From NCBI GenBank assembly GCA_977016875.1, contig CDRNST010000188.1, forward strand, positions 2,232,001 through 2,296,000: DNA of 64,000 nucleotides. Reading direction: 5' to 3'. The stretch comes from Pavona decussata (taxonomy: Eukaryota). This document shows positions 52,701 through 61,682 of the stretch, one piece after another. Numbering within the stretch: position 1 is the first letter of the stretch; each line of letters opens with the position of its first letter. The notes under the pieces are model-generated. The model was not told the origin of the DNA. It ran no database searches and worked only from the letters and a program-made list of their open reading frames with translations. The position numbers were made by a program, and so were the translations under genes.

Positions 52701-55700
52701 CGCCTTCCTGCAACTCCACATAATGTCTCTGCTGCGACAGTCTGAAACTCAGCTTCTTGATGATCCAATCGCGAAGTGTCTCAACACACTCTGATTTCTT
52801 ATGTTCAAACACCCATCTGTTGTAATTAGCAAGCATCAACTCGGTCATTTTCTTCTGTATCTTAATGTGCAAAGGGATAACTCTTCCTTAGCTTCTCAAA
52901 TTTTGGTCTCCATCTCCTTCTGACGGCGTGCGTATTCTTCATCAAGTTGTTTTCGAGCGCGGTTGATTGATTCTTCCTTTTTACGAAATTTCTCCTCGAG
53001 GTGTCGGCGCGCTTTCTTTTCCTTTGAATGCAAACTCAATAGTTTCCCCGGAAAATTCTGATGCTTGACTCGAGAGTTCATCTTTGATGGCATGCAAATA
53101 CTCTTGGAAATATTCTTGAGCTTAAAAAATTCTTCTTCGATATCCTCAATTTCACGGCTTGTTTTCTCCAGAGCGCTACGAACGCTTGCTTTCGAATACA
53201 ATTCTGCCAATGATGACAAATCTACAACAACACGTTCCTGTGCTTCATTCAACAGTTTTCGGGAATCTCGAATCTCACGATGATTCGCTGCGATCGCATC
53301 TTCTAACAAATCCAACAACTGATTTTTCCTCCTTGTAAACGACGATTTCGACTTACCTCTTGCGACTTTCCGTTTCTGAATCTTGTCTGAAATTTCTTGG
53401 CGGGCATCATCCGCTGCGGCGAGGTCTTTAATTTCTGCTCTATCACGAGCTTTCTTCTTCTTCTCCGGATTTCTTGGCATGGTTTTCCTTTCAAGAACCT
53501 CGCTCTGCTACCAATTATGGTTTCAATTGACCGTTTATTCCTTTTCTAAGGCAAAATACAGTACATGTACTCCAAAAAAGCCTCTTGGTCCCAAAAAACG
53601 ACCCAAAACGTTTTTTTTTTTCATCCAAGTAGGTAATGTGACCCCCAAACCAAAAAACCACTTCTTACCCTCCGTGGCAGTTCGTCAATCTGGAGGTTGT
53701 TGGTTACCCGTGAAGATTGAATGGCGTTGAAATTCAATAATTGTGGCATTTTTGGACGTTAAAATAATAATAAAAAATAAATGTGTGCACAGAAAAATAT
53801 GCAATTTCGATAAGTTACTCACAGTGACTGAAGATATGTCAGTTCGGAGAATACTTGTTTCGGCAGCTCAGCAATCCTGTTGCTACCAAGATCCCTGTAG
53901 AGGAGAAAGTGCTAAAAAAGCCAGCTAATATGTTCTTCTTTTTAACAATTTCCATTAAAATATTTATAGAAAAAAAAATCACTATTGTTTGACAAGAAGC
54001 TCTATTGGAAAAGAGGCCAACAGTTAGTAAGCGTTCACTTAAATAACGCGATATTCCATACGCTCAGCCTGACTAACACGTACTTCTATTCTTAATTTCG
54101 ACGGCGCCGCATAAATTAGATTATGCTAAAACGTTATCCTGTTCTTTTTTTGTTTTTTTTTTGGCACAATCTGATAGTTTCAAGGAAAAAAAGTATTAAA
54201 AAAATCTTGTTAGCTTTGCGCAAATGAAGTCTCTCACGGCATTAAATAAAATTACTAAGAGCACCTTCACAGAAACGGTCTACCTACCGCTACATCACAA
54301 AGCGTGATTACAAATTTGTGTACATAATTTAGTTGATCTTCCGAACCCAAGCGTAGAAACTGAGGACTTGAAATCTTTATTAAAAAATTCATTTGTAAAG
54401 TTTATAATTTTTAAGGCGATTATTTTATAAAATACCCTTCGTGGCAGTTCATTAATTTTATTATCATAGACGTTAACATTTTGAAGATGTTAACGAACCA
54501 AAAGCTAATTATAACCGATTTTGTTGATGGATTTGAAGAACTTCCGCCTAATAATGCCTGTGAAAAGAGGTTTATTTTCCTTTGTGTCTCTTAAATGATT
54601 TAAGCTATGAAAATGGAGAAAAATAACACTTGGAGGTTGATGGTTACGTGGTTAGAGTGAATGTAATTAAAATGTCATTATTTTGAGATTTTGGGATTAA
54701 ATTTTGCAATTGCCCTAAATTACTCACAGTAACTGAAGATGTGTCAGTTCAGAGAATATCTTTTCCGGCAGCTCAGTAATTTTGTTGCCTCCAAGATTCC
54801 TGTAGAATAAAAAAAGACCAATAAAAGATCTAATTAGCTTTTCTGTTTACACTTTCTAAATCATTCATTTCTTACTTCATCTGGCATGATCCTTTTATGA
54901 TACAATGCTGCTTCCTGTAACTTAATTTATTTTTTTTAATATTTTTTGTCATGGAAATTTCCACATATGTAAACATAATTGCATAAATACTTACACTTAT
55001 GTACACTATTGAAGACAAAATTTGAATACTCCAAGAATAAAAAATAAAAATAATAATTAAGGGATAGAAAGGAAAAAGAAACAGGTAAAAGTCTTACAAA
55101 AATTTGGTGATTAGAACAGCTCGTTTAACGTATTGTAAACTGGAAAGTTTCTTTTCCCACATTTTAAGTGACAAGTTAATTTACCTCTCGCCCCCGCAAT
55201 ATGGAGCTCTGTAGTATAGACACGCCTTGCTCTGGCTAAGAAAGCGCCAAGAGAGGGAAGACTACCATTACATTTCCTGACGTACAGATAATATTTCCCT
55301 AATAACAGTATGTGATTAAACAAGAAATAATCCTCTCCTATGTCGACTTTACCAAAGATGACATCAGTGTCGGGAAAGAAGCACTGATGTGCGTGACGTA
55401 GAATATTAACTTGGAAATTTGATGAAAAATGTCACGAAATAGTAACGCGAGCAATACTTTAAAAATAAGTGAACAAAGCAGATTGCACAATTGTACTCCG
55501 GCAAAGTCCGAAGTTAATACACTGCATGACAATGATGTAACTGCACGCGTAGTATTAAGCTAAATAAGGAAGAAAAACGCGTGTAATTGTGTAATTGAAA
55601 TAAATTTAGGAGCATTACAATAGTGTAGGCTTCGGTTTATACCGTGCAATCAGTTAGATACAAAAACGTTATACAAATATTATTGTCTCTAAGCCAGGAC

Positions 55701-56205
55701 AGGACTTATTTCCAGGAAACAGATGAAATTTTGCGGAGGAAGAGTAAATGCTCGATGAATTCTGGTTCCTTGGGAACTGCGTCAAACCGAAACGAAACAG
55801 CTTTTCATTAGTGAAGACTATATTATTAAGACTTTTGTACAGAAACGCTCTAATTTTTGACTCGGGCGTGACACGAAATGGGAGGGACTAATTTTTTTCC
55901 CAGTTTTAATCAAATTTCTGATAACTTTGTTGAAAACGTTTGTCTAGCCGTTGACCGTTATTTCGTTGTAAGACGACCGTTATCTTCGCACGTTCACGCC
56001 TTTTCTTGCTGCTGAGATTGTTTCATGGATGCCAATTACGGCTTCACTGCTACTTTTGAGCATGAATCCATTCCGGTGTGGTTCCCAGGAAGTGAAAAAC
56101 TAAACGGGCTTTCCATTGTCAAAGAATACTTACAAATATTCGAGGTTTGGAAGTTCAGCGAATGATTCATTTGACAAAAACGGTATTTTGTTGTTCAGCA
56201 AATCC
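2580..56205 (-). CDS. Multi-exon leucine-rich-repeat protein, partial: 15 intact 72-bp LRR exons, probably the ectodomain of a cell-surface receptor (LRR-GPCR, TLR-like or other); both ends lie outside the identified exons
   Basis: Manual splicing of AG..GT-bounded 72-bp exons gives an open 360-aa chain: [72 protein letters not shown] [[72 protein letters not shown]]x3 [72 protein letters not shown]. It matches LxxLxLxxNxIxxLPxxxFxxLxx. Continuity across the N gap is assumed. Confidence 0.85.
3112..3183 (-). CDS. LRR exon [24 protein letters not shown]
   Basis: 72 bp; pyrimidine tract then gattag acceptor, donor gtaagt; visible at the end of ORF 3108..3368. Confidence 0.92.
3226..3384. mobile_element. 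Short MITE (catgttggtg...caccaacatgg family); truncated paralogs near 15676, 26527 and 37378
   Basis: Inverted ends tttgcatcgccgtcatgttggtg / caccaacatggctgccatgacgtcacatgtaaa. Confidence 0.6.
3880..4890 (+). mobile_element. Decayed CR1/L2-group LINE reverse transcriptase fragment
   Basis: [21 protein letters not shown] and MYADDTHLT motifs in ORF 3919..4287; downstream [11 protein letters not shown]-like and KKSFRY..AA.WNS-like remnants with frameshifts. Confidence 0.85.
5542..5612 (-). pseudogene. Dead LRR exon (RLDK*, frameshift, [18 protein letters not shown])
   Basis: 71 bp; in-frame TAA; acceptor ttttacag intact; donor is gcaagt instead of gtaagt/gtgagt; flanks resemble those of the other D/N-type exons. 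Confidence 0.8.
5926..5997 (-). CDS. LRR exon [24 protein letters not shown]
   Basis: 72 bp; acceptor ctctttctacag-type (ttctacag), donor gtgagt. Confidence 0.92.
6090..6615 (+). mobile_element. 5'-truncated L1/Tx1-type LINE 3' end with 13-bp target-site duplication
   Basis: agtgacgatggta at 6077-6089 and 6616-6628; aataaa plus A-tail at the 3' end; decayed ORF2 C-terminus (AKYFIYKC...TEKFI...FDNKW). Confidence 0.8.
7504..7695. mobile_element. MITE with ~50-bp imperfect TIRs
   Basis: aataggctatttccatgatggcgtcactttttactacaactgccagaat / attctggtagttgtagtaaaatgacgtcatagtgaaaatgtcctatt. Confidence 0.75.
7764..7812 (+). repeat. (AATC)n microsatellite, paralog of 2434-2485
   Basis: Followed by gaatgaatgaaaa..gcttgatattgtatgaaaaaccattccgtttccaataaaaaa, as at 2497-2557. 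Confidence 0.92.
8084..11808. mobile_element. Non-autonomous DNA transposon with ~500-560-bp TIRs, (T/A)TAA-flanked, Kolobok-like
   Basis: 8084-~8643 is the reverse complement of ~11312-11808 (gcggcaatccagaaatttcgcctggaggtgtgcaaaatgaaaaaaatcgaaaattcccaaaatt...); flanks ataa / ttaa; no transposase inside. Confidence 0.88.
9009..9320. mobile_element. MITE with ccccgggg..tactcc termini and 9-bp TSD (MULE-like TSD length), nested in the 8084-11808 element
   Basis: gttgcagac at 9000-9008 and 9321-9329; internal accctatttatgacc repeats. Confidence 0.88.
12045..12404 (+). pseudogene. THAP zinc-finger exon (N-terminus of the Kolobok transposase)
   Basis: M..CVAARC...HRIP...W......LCSMHF THAP signature; premature TAG at 12303; frame continues to a gtaagc donor at 12405. 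Confidence 0.85.
12565..13580 (+). mobile_element. Penelope-like retroelement RT fragment, deleted and frameshifted; repeated from 23546 and 34396
   Basis: [32 protein letters not shown] and [15 protein letters not shown] motifs. Confidence 0.85.
13590..14109 (-). pseudogene. KolX-like / P2X7-ballast-like Cys-rich gene remnant, 2 exons (14109-13838, 13734-~13590); repeated in tandem copies 2 and 3
   Basis: [12 protein letters not shown]..acidic..[22 protein letters not shown] | intron gtaaag..catgtag | [23 protein letters not shown]; several stop codons. Confidence 0.75.
14574..14645 (-). CDS. LRR exon [24 protein letters not shown] (tandem copy 1)
   Basis: 72 bp; ttgcag / gtaagt. Confidence 0.9.
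14715..15168 (-). mobile_element. L2-type LINE 3' fragment inserted in an LRR intron (also ~25565-26018 and ~36416-36869)
   Basis: Minus strand [27 protein letters not shown] with a (TTA)n-like tail; absent from the paralogous intron at 2710-2730; atac duplicated at both ends. Confidence 0.8.
15564..15635 (-). CDS. LRR exon [24 protein letters not shown] (copy 1)
   Basis: 72 bp; gattag / gtaagt. Confidence 0.9.
16750..19830 (-). mobile_element. BEL/Pao LTR retrotransposon 3' half (RNase H, integrase, C-terminal DUF5641-like region, PPT, 3' LTR ~16750-17272), copy 1
   Basis: [56 protein letters not shown] motifs; tttcttcccctccc (PPT) abuts an LTR bounded by tgtaaca...gctaaca; many stops. Confidence 0.9.
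19833..21505 (-). mobile_element. CR1/L2-group LINE ORF2 fragment, pseudogenised, copy 1
   Basis: [50 protein letters not shown] motifs split across frames. Confidence 0.9.
21745..21816 (-). CDS. LRR exon [24 protein letters not shown] (copy 1)
   Basis: 72 bp; ttctacag / gtgagt. Confidence 0.9.
22218..23543 (-). mobile_element. Second, related BEL/Pao pol fragment, cut by the tandem junction (also 33068-34393)
   Basis: Aligns by eye with 17880-19278, with substitutions and small deletions. Confidence 0.88.
23546..25285. mobile_element. Orphan right half of the Kolobok element (Penelope fragment, KolX, right TIR), copy 2
   Basis: Ends gttatgggcact|ttaa at 25285; no left TIR in this copy. 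Confidence 0.85.
25424..25495 (-). CDS. LRR exon YLDTN-type (copy 2)
   Basis: Identical to 14574-14645 including splice sites. Confidence 0.87.
26414..26485 (-). CDS. LRR exon YLGSN-type (copy 2)
   Basis: Identical to 15564-15635. Confidence 0.87.
27598..30678 (-). mobile_element. BEL/Pao 3' half, copy 2
   Basis: Near-identical to 16750-19830. Confidence 0.9.
30681..32353 (-). mobile_element. CR1/L2-group LINE fragment, copy 2
   Basis: Near-identical to 19833-21505. Confidence 0.9.
32595..32666 (-). CDS. LRR exon DLGGN-type (copy 2)
   Basis: Identical to 21745-21816. Confidence 0.87.
34396..36136. mobile_element. Orphan right half of the Kolobok element, copy 3
   Basis: Ends gttatgggcact|ttaa at 36136. 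Confidence 0.85.
36275..36346 (-). CDS. LRR exon YLDTN-type (copy 3)
   Basis: Identical to 14574-14645. Confidence 0.87.
37265..37336 (-). CDS. LRR exon YLGSN-type (copy 3)
   Basis: Identical to 15564-15635. Confidence 0.87.
38448..41528 (-). mobile_element. BEL/Pao 3' half, copy 3
   Basis: Near-identical to 16750-19830. Confidence 0.9.
41531..43203 (-). mobile_element. CR1/L2-group LINE fragment, copy 3
   Basis: Near-identical to 19833-21505. Confidence 0.9.
43443..43514 (-). CDS. LRR exon DLGGN-type (copy 3)
   Basis: Identical to 21745-21816. Confidence 0.87.
43916..45760 (-). mobile_element. Second BEL/Pao pol fragment, continuing past the end of the triplication to the gap
   Basis: ORF 45019..45543 has [25 protein letters not shown]; YDPL.FLSPF at ~45650-45680. 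Confidence 0.9.
45761..45888. other. Assembly gap (128 N)
   Basis: Run of n. Confidence 1.
45889..46500 (-). mobile_element. CR1/L2-group LINE endonuclease/linker fragment
   Basis: Minus strand [45 protein letters not shown] remnants. Confidence 0.75.
46532..47185 (+). mobile_element. Penelope-like RT N-terminal fragment
   Basis: [44 protein letters not shown]. Confidence 0.88.
47190..49393 (-). mobile_element. BEL/Pao 5' part (gag with CCHC knuckles, protease) and probable LTR remnant
   Basis: [47 protein letters not shown]; right end cgaaatgttgctaaca is the same as the LTR terminus at 17257-17272. Confidence 0.8.
48133..48382. mobile_element. TA-flanked MITE (Tc1/mariner-type TSD) inserted in BEL gag
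   Basis: ta|caatcctggcca ... tggccaggattg|ta; removing it restores the KELERFAD frame. Confidence 0.85.
49395..49670 (+). mobile_element. Penelope-like C-terminal fragment
   Basis: [33 protein letters not shown]. Confidence 0.7.
49890..53664 (-). mobile_element. BEL/Pao LTR retrotransposon with two diverged LTRs (49890-~50066; 53518-~53664 truncated), internally deleted
   Basis: PBS TGGTAGCAGAGCG (53501-53513, minus strand, tRNA-iMet-like); PPT aagggggagaa; gag CCHC, protease LLDDAST, integrase [17 protein letters not shown]; RT and RNase H absent between ~51800 and 51730. Confidence 0.92.
53823..53894 (-). CDS. LRR exon [24 protein letters not shown]
   Basis: 72 bp; ctctacag / gtgagt. Confidence 0.92.
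54728..54799 (-). CDS. LRR exon [24 protein letters not shown]
   Basis: 72 bp; ttctacag / gtgagt. Confidence 0.92.
54928..55345 (-). mobile_element. L1/Tx1-type LINE 3' fragment
   Basis: [14 protein letters not shown]...PSL..F......Y..E..IA motif (ORF 55111..55323); A-rich tail near 54930. Confidence 0.75.
56134..56205 (-). CDS. LRR exon [24 protein letters not shown] (divergent; likely an early repeat of the array)
   Basis: 72 bp; tttttcag / gtaagt. Confidence 0.9.
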
Positions 56206-56251
56206 CTGAAAAACAAAAACGTCGAGAACAGCAAACACAACATCACCTTAA

Positions 56252-58111
56252 GGGGCTCTCAGCAGTTTTTCTGGACTTAGGGTGGAACTTTTGAAATTAT
56301 TTTCTCGCATAGAAGATAAACTTCGATCGCCTTCATACTACATCATCATTTCAACATATCATCAAAGTTAATTTTCTCATCAATTTCCTAGCAACAACCA
56401 TTACCGTAGCAACGGTAGCGCATAGTCTCTAATTTTAAACATTGTCCTGACTATCTTGAAATCTAGTCAGACTCTTGATGATGAAACTTTATGGATTTAT
56501 ATCTCTCAATGTAGACAACTTGTAGGCAAAATTAGAAAAAATGTATCTTTCTGTTTAAATATTTATGATTAGGTGAAGTCGTGCAAAAGGTAAAATTTAC
56601 AATAGAAGACTTGAGAAGCAGGAGCAAAGATTTATGTAAATTTTACCTTTTGCACGACTTTACGTTATCATAAATATTCACAGCACGTGAGTAGCAGTGA
56701 GAAAGCGAATAACGACTGAAACTTGACCAAGATTTAGCCTTCTTATCTAGCACCGGTTTCGTTTCTTTCGAAAATAATTCTTACTCTAACCGCTTGTAAT
56801 TTAACTGAAAAAATATGTGGGAGTATTTTAAAGATATCTTGATATATGCAAAGTAGGAATTTTTTCATTCATCTGCGCTTTATTTGAACTGTTTTTAAAC
56901 ATCGAAGACACCCATGAAACTCAACGTACATTTAGAATGTTGTGCTATGAGGCACGACCTTTTAAGGTGGCCGAGCACAGTTTTCCAGTATACAGTTGTT
57001 AGTCTACATGATTTGAAAACTACGTACTTCTGAGTACCCGAAATTAGCATGGTGCAAGATTAACTAAGAAGGAATAAATTTTGATACTTCTTGTTGAGTA
57101 AGGTGCCGTTGCCATGGCAACGCAGCAAGCTATTAAACGCCCACAAATAATGGTTTTCCTTAATTTTTAGAAAATGCACTCGTTAGATTTTTTCCATTTT
57201 TTGTATCCAGAAAAACTCACAAAACACTGACATGGTGATGCTGCTTTCATGTAATTTTAACAGAGAGATCTCCTGTAAATGTTGGTTTTGCGCTTTAATG
57301 TTTTTTGAAGATACCCTCTGTTAGATTTTGGTTTTTGTTTGTGGGCGTGTTACGCTTTTGGTGAACTACTGTTTTGTCAAATTTCACGAAATTCTAACAA
57401 GCGGTTCCTTAGAAAACAGTTTATTTCCATTAAAACAACCAGTCACAATTTTTTGCTCATATGCGCATGCGTGGATTTTAATTAGGTTTTCTCAGCAAAG
57501 ATGAAAAGCGTACAAAAAGGGTTAGCTTTTCGTGAACTCACTTTCTTTGTTCGGCGATAAATGAAGAAGGATTCACAAACGAGAAACTGAGTTATTTTAA
57601 GAGCAAAACTTACCTTTGTGATCCATTTGGTATAAAAGCGAGGGATCGATAGTGTTTGCTTACCACAACCCTAGCGCGCGCTTAATAGCATCACTAACAG
57701 AATCTGTAAAGCGTGCGCAAACTGTGTTCGGCCACCTTGACAGACAAGACAAAGTGTCAAGTCTTATTTTTTTGGTGAAAAATGCATGAATAGACAAAAT
57801 CACCTCCTAAAATTGATTCATTATTTACTTAAAAACGCTCTTTTTTTTCTAATTCCGCCTACAAGTCGTCTAGATTGATTAGATGAAATCCATAAAGTTT
57901 CGTCATAAAGTGTCTGACTATATTTCGAGATCATCGACAATGTTTAAAATGAAAGGCAATGCGCTACTGTTGTTGTGGTAAAAGTTGTTGATTGGAAACT
58001 GATGAGAAAATTAACTAACGTTGACGATGTAGTGTGAAGAAGATCGAAGGTTTGCGGGTTCGTAATTTCAAAACGTCCACCCTAAGTCCAGAAAAACTTC
58101 TGCGAGCCTCC
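56252..58111. mobile_element. Non-autonomous long-TIR DNA transposon, TTAA-type flank (Kolobok-like)
   Basis: ttaa|ggggctctcagcagtttttctggacttagggtgga ... tccaccctaagtccagaaaaacttctgcgagcctcc|ttta; inverted similarity extends ~250 bp inward; internal 26-bp perfect inverted repeat at ~56576-56660. Confidence 0.82.
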
Positions 58112-59269
58112 TTTATAACAGAATGAACCGTTATAAAAGATCATAGGTAACATTTCTTTAAGTATTTCTTGCATACAAACATAGATTAAATAGCGGCAAT
58201 TCACTAGTTTTACAAAAGGGGCAGACTCAAGAAGTGATCCTAAGTTAAGATGTATCTTGAATGTTGTTTCTTGGAAATTACTTAGTATTAATCAAAATGC
58301 TCTCCGTTTTGAGTAAATGCCTAAGGTCTACAGCAAATGCTCAATGAATAAAAGGTCGGAAGGACGTATGAGCTATCTTTCAATTATTCATAAATATTTT
58401 TATTGGGGGCGTCGAGACAATTGTTTTTCTTTTTCGGTTACGTTGTAGAGAATCAGCTATTCTTGAGGGTGTAACTTCCATCTCACTGTAAGTAATATAG
58501 CTAAGTACCCTATCTATGTCATAACATCCAGGTACGTTCTTGTTGTTTTGGCTGACAGAATAAGGTTAAGGACCATTGTCAATGGGATAAACGAGGCTAG
58601 ATCGGCAAGACAGAGGCAAAAATATATCATCCCACCAATCTTATAATCTTCTTAAAATACGCGAAGGAATATTGACTCAAACATTATGATACAACAATGT
58701 CAGTTCCAAAATATTGGAAAATACACCAGGAGGTAGTCTTTGAATTTTGTTCCACGACAATTCTATGTCACACAATAAAAAATACTATAAGAGACAACGG
58801 ATAACGCTCTAGTTTCACGTAATATCACGTTATAAGTGATTTCCAAATCCTTTCCTTACAACCCTGCATGCAAACGACGCCTAACGTAATACTTTCACAT
58901 TTTTCTTTATACTTTATAACGACCAAACTTTTCCAAACGCAGAATTATATTTTTTGGAGGGAGGGGGAGGGATTTTACGAATTTCCCCTTATTATTCTCA
59001 CCAAGAATTTCTCTAGCTAGTTATCCATGACAAAGTTATTAAGTCGTAGACGAAATTATTCCGAAGGGAGTTAAAAAGATGCGTCTCCCCGCTGCAAGTA
59101 CAGCTCAGCCAGCACCCTGTCGTACAATCCACGTTCTTGCTGATAGAATGAAGATGAGGACCATAGTCAATGTGATACACAAAGCGCAATCGACTCAGTA
59201 GACGTGGAAATGTGACCCATTTAGAAGATAATCACCCGGTCTAGCATGGTGTTAATTAGGCTCCGTTTG

Positions 59270-59587
59270 TAACGATCATCTACGTGGCTCTGATAGTGAT
59301 TGGTCACATTTCCACAAAGAATATGACCGGCTGAGAGAAGTGTTTTGTAAGCTTAAATACCCACAACACTAAATTGACACGGCAATCAAAAGGCTTATCG
59401 ACACTAAGGCATCTGATCCACAGACCTATCCATCGTCACAAGAGAAAACGAACACTGTTAGAGTCATCCTACCGTTTAAAGATTAGAGTTTAGAAAACAT
59501 TATGAAACGGCAACTTCGTAAACTAAGTTTAAAAGTAGGAGCTGCCATCCAACCGGTGTTTGTAAGTCGGAGGCTCAATGAACATCT
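59270..59587 (+). mobile_element. Penelope-like fragment
   Basis: WSHFHKEYDRLREVFCKLKYP...VRVILPFKD...LSLKVGAAIQPVFVSRR, with stops. Confidence 0.7.
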
Positions 59588-61498
59588 TAAGAGGGAATGT
59601 CTACTAACACCGAGCGTGGGGTGGCACATAATAAAAAATGAAAGTCCTTCACAAATTGACTAAGGATACCCTATGGTAGTTCTAGTAACGTGGTGGTTTT
59701 GATTTCTCGGAATTCTTTTTTAAACCCAGAAAAATTGAATAAAATCTTTTCGGCCCCAAGTGTCTATAAAAGCACACAAAATAGACGTGTCCCATACCTT
59801 CTCTCAACTTCGCTCTGTTTAATTCGCATAGATAAAAAACCTAATTTTAAGCTTGGAAATGTGCAGTTGAAGTGTTTACGAATCGTTTGAGGCCAATAAT
59901 AGATCTCTGCTTTAGTTTTGAAGGTCACAGGGAAGGTACCGAAAGTTACTAAAATTGGCTCAGTCGAAATTCTCAATTTGGCGCACTTTTTCAGAAGAGA
60001 GTTTCCCTACCCGGTAAAACACTGAATCACTTGAAATTTAGAATTCTTGATTGACGAAATGTCGTTCTAAAACCAGGTTTAAAAATCAGTTTCGGGCTTT
60101 CTATCAGCGCTGAGAACTAACGCTCTCAAAATCCCGATAATTGCAACATTATCTGTCAACAACTGTAAGCGATAAACATGTGTCTGTCAAAATCACCGAA
60201 GACTTTTGTAATTTTTTTCTTGTTTCCCTCAATATTAAGATGGACCAAACAACAGAAAGCTCATATTTAGCTCACCTTGAATAAGATGTCATCTAAGTAT
60301 CAGTTTCTTGGCCTAATGTACCATACAAAGCCATCATAGCTCGAAGGGTTGATAATTGATCTCGTTCAGTGACTAATGACTTCTGCTATCGCATTCACGT
60401 CACTTGGCAAATGCCAATTGAAGGGGCAAAAATCCTTTGACGGTAACAAAACCCTGTCGGCTCAAAGAAAATATTAACAGAAATATCTTATTTTAAAGTT
60501 TTCCACAGTCATCTCAGAAACCGCCGGACTTTATAATCTTCCATCTTCGACCGTTTTTGACTGTACCTGTTTCGGTCACGCAACGACTTCCTTCGGAGTG
60601 ATTGATTTTCTTACATATGGCCAAAATCGAAAAAAAAAATCCAAACATCAGGGCGTCTGAAACTAGTTCCTTTAAAGTTATTTGAACATGCAAACGTGAC
60701 TGTTCACGCATTAACGCGGCTTTTGAATTTCTCCGTGGACAGTGATGCTCGATTCAGGTTGTTTATTTCACGACGGTCATGGCGTGTGCGTGAATGGTTT
60801 ATTCAGCAAAGATAATTACTTGAATGATGTTTTAACGAGAGGAAATTGAACAGATACCGGTATAAGGTGATATAAGAAAATTGTGACTTAACGAGAACTT
60901 TTTTAGTTTCTCAACCAGAATGACGTTCGTTCTTTTTTGCATGTGTCGGTTTGCCAACATAAATAACAGCTATAAACAAGATAAAAGATATACAGACAGA
61001 TAAGAAGTTCCGTGATCACTGATGATAACAGTACCTGAAAAAGGGTTGGGTGCATCAATTCTTCGTTAACAAGATCTTTAAAAAAGTTCAGTTTTCTGTT
61101 TAATCGTTAATTTTCTCTGATCTGTAGCATTTTTTTTAAATGTGTTTATTTTAGTTACAATGATCTGTTGTGTTCTTATAAACACCACCGTTGTTCTGAT
61201 TGAAATATAGTCACGCACCTGATGGACTGCTGGAACAATTACCAAATATACAAAATGTCTATATTATAAAACACTCGTAGTTTTTTTGTATTTACGCTGC
61301 GTTTAAAGAATTTATGATAATTTCAATCAATCTAACCGATATTTCGGTTGTGACCGGGTGAAATCAGCGTGTGAGATTTGCGGATGCTTCAATTATCTGA
61401 CAAGGTGGTCAAACAGAAAAAAAGTGTTTTAGTAAACCGTTCAAATCTTTCGTTGGTGCAACTCTAGTGCAAAACCGTTAAGACAACAACAAACTTAA

Positions 61499-61682
61499 AG
61501 GACCCTAGTCAGCCTCCGCCATTTTCGATGCCATCAAAATTATTGATATTGCATGGTGAAGCTAAATCTTATTGCTTTGTGTTCCTGAAAGTATTTCGTT
61601 CATTTCGACATGCTCCGAATAAAATATAATAGCCCAACTCTCGTAAATAAACAAAAACAAAGGCGTGGCTGGCTAGGGCCCT
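61499..61682. mobile_element. 184-bp TTAA-flanked MITE (Kolobok-like)
   Basis: ttaa|aggaccctagtcagcctccgccattt ... aaaggcgtggctggctagggccct|ttaa. Confidence 0.85.

Noticed and set aside
2580-56205. Direct homology to lamprey VLR somatic assembly
   Set aside because: The modules have normal splice sites and the similarity is the generic typical-LRR consensus; no evidence of somatic DNA rearrangement can be read from this sequence
57560-57700. Possible N-terminal exon ending at the minus-strand donor gtaagt (~57613)
   Set aside because: Inside the long-TIR transposon and no LRRNT or signal-like open frame
59100-59220. Hydrophobic signal-peptide-like stretch on the minus strand (ITLTMVLIFILSART)
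   Set aside because: Frame closes within a few codons, no donor site, and the paralogous segment at ~2175 has a stop
59587-61490. Another TTAA-started DNA transposon (ttaa|gagggaatgtctact)
   Set aside because: No matching right terminus found; boundaries cannot be supported
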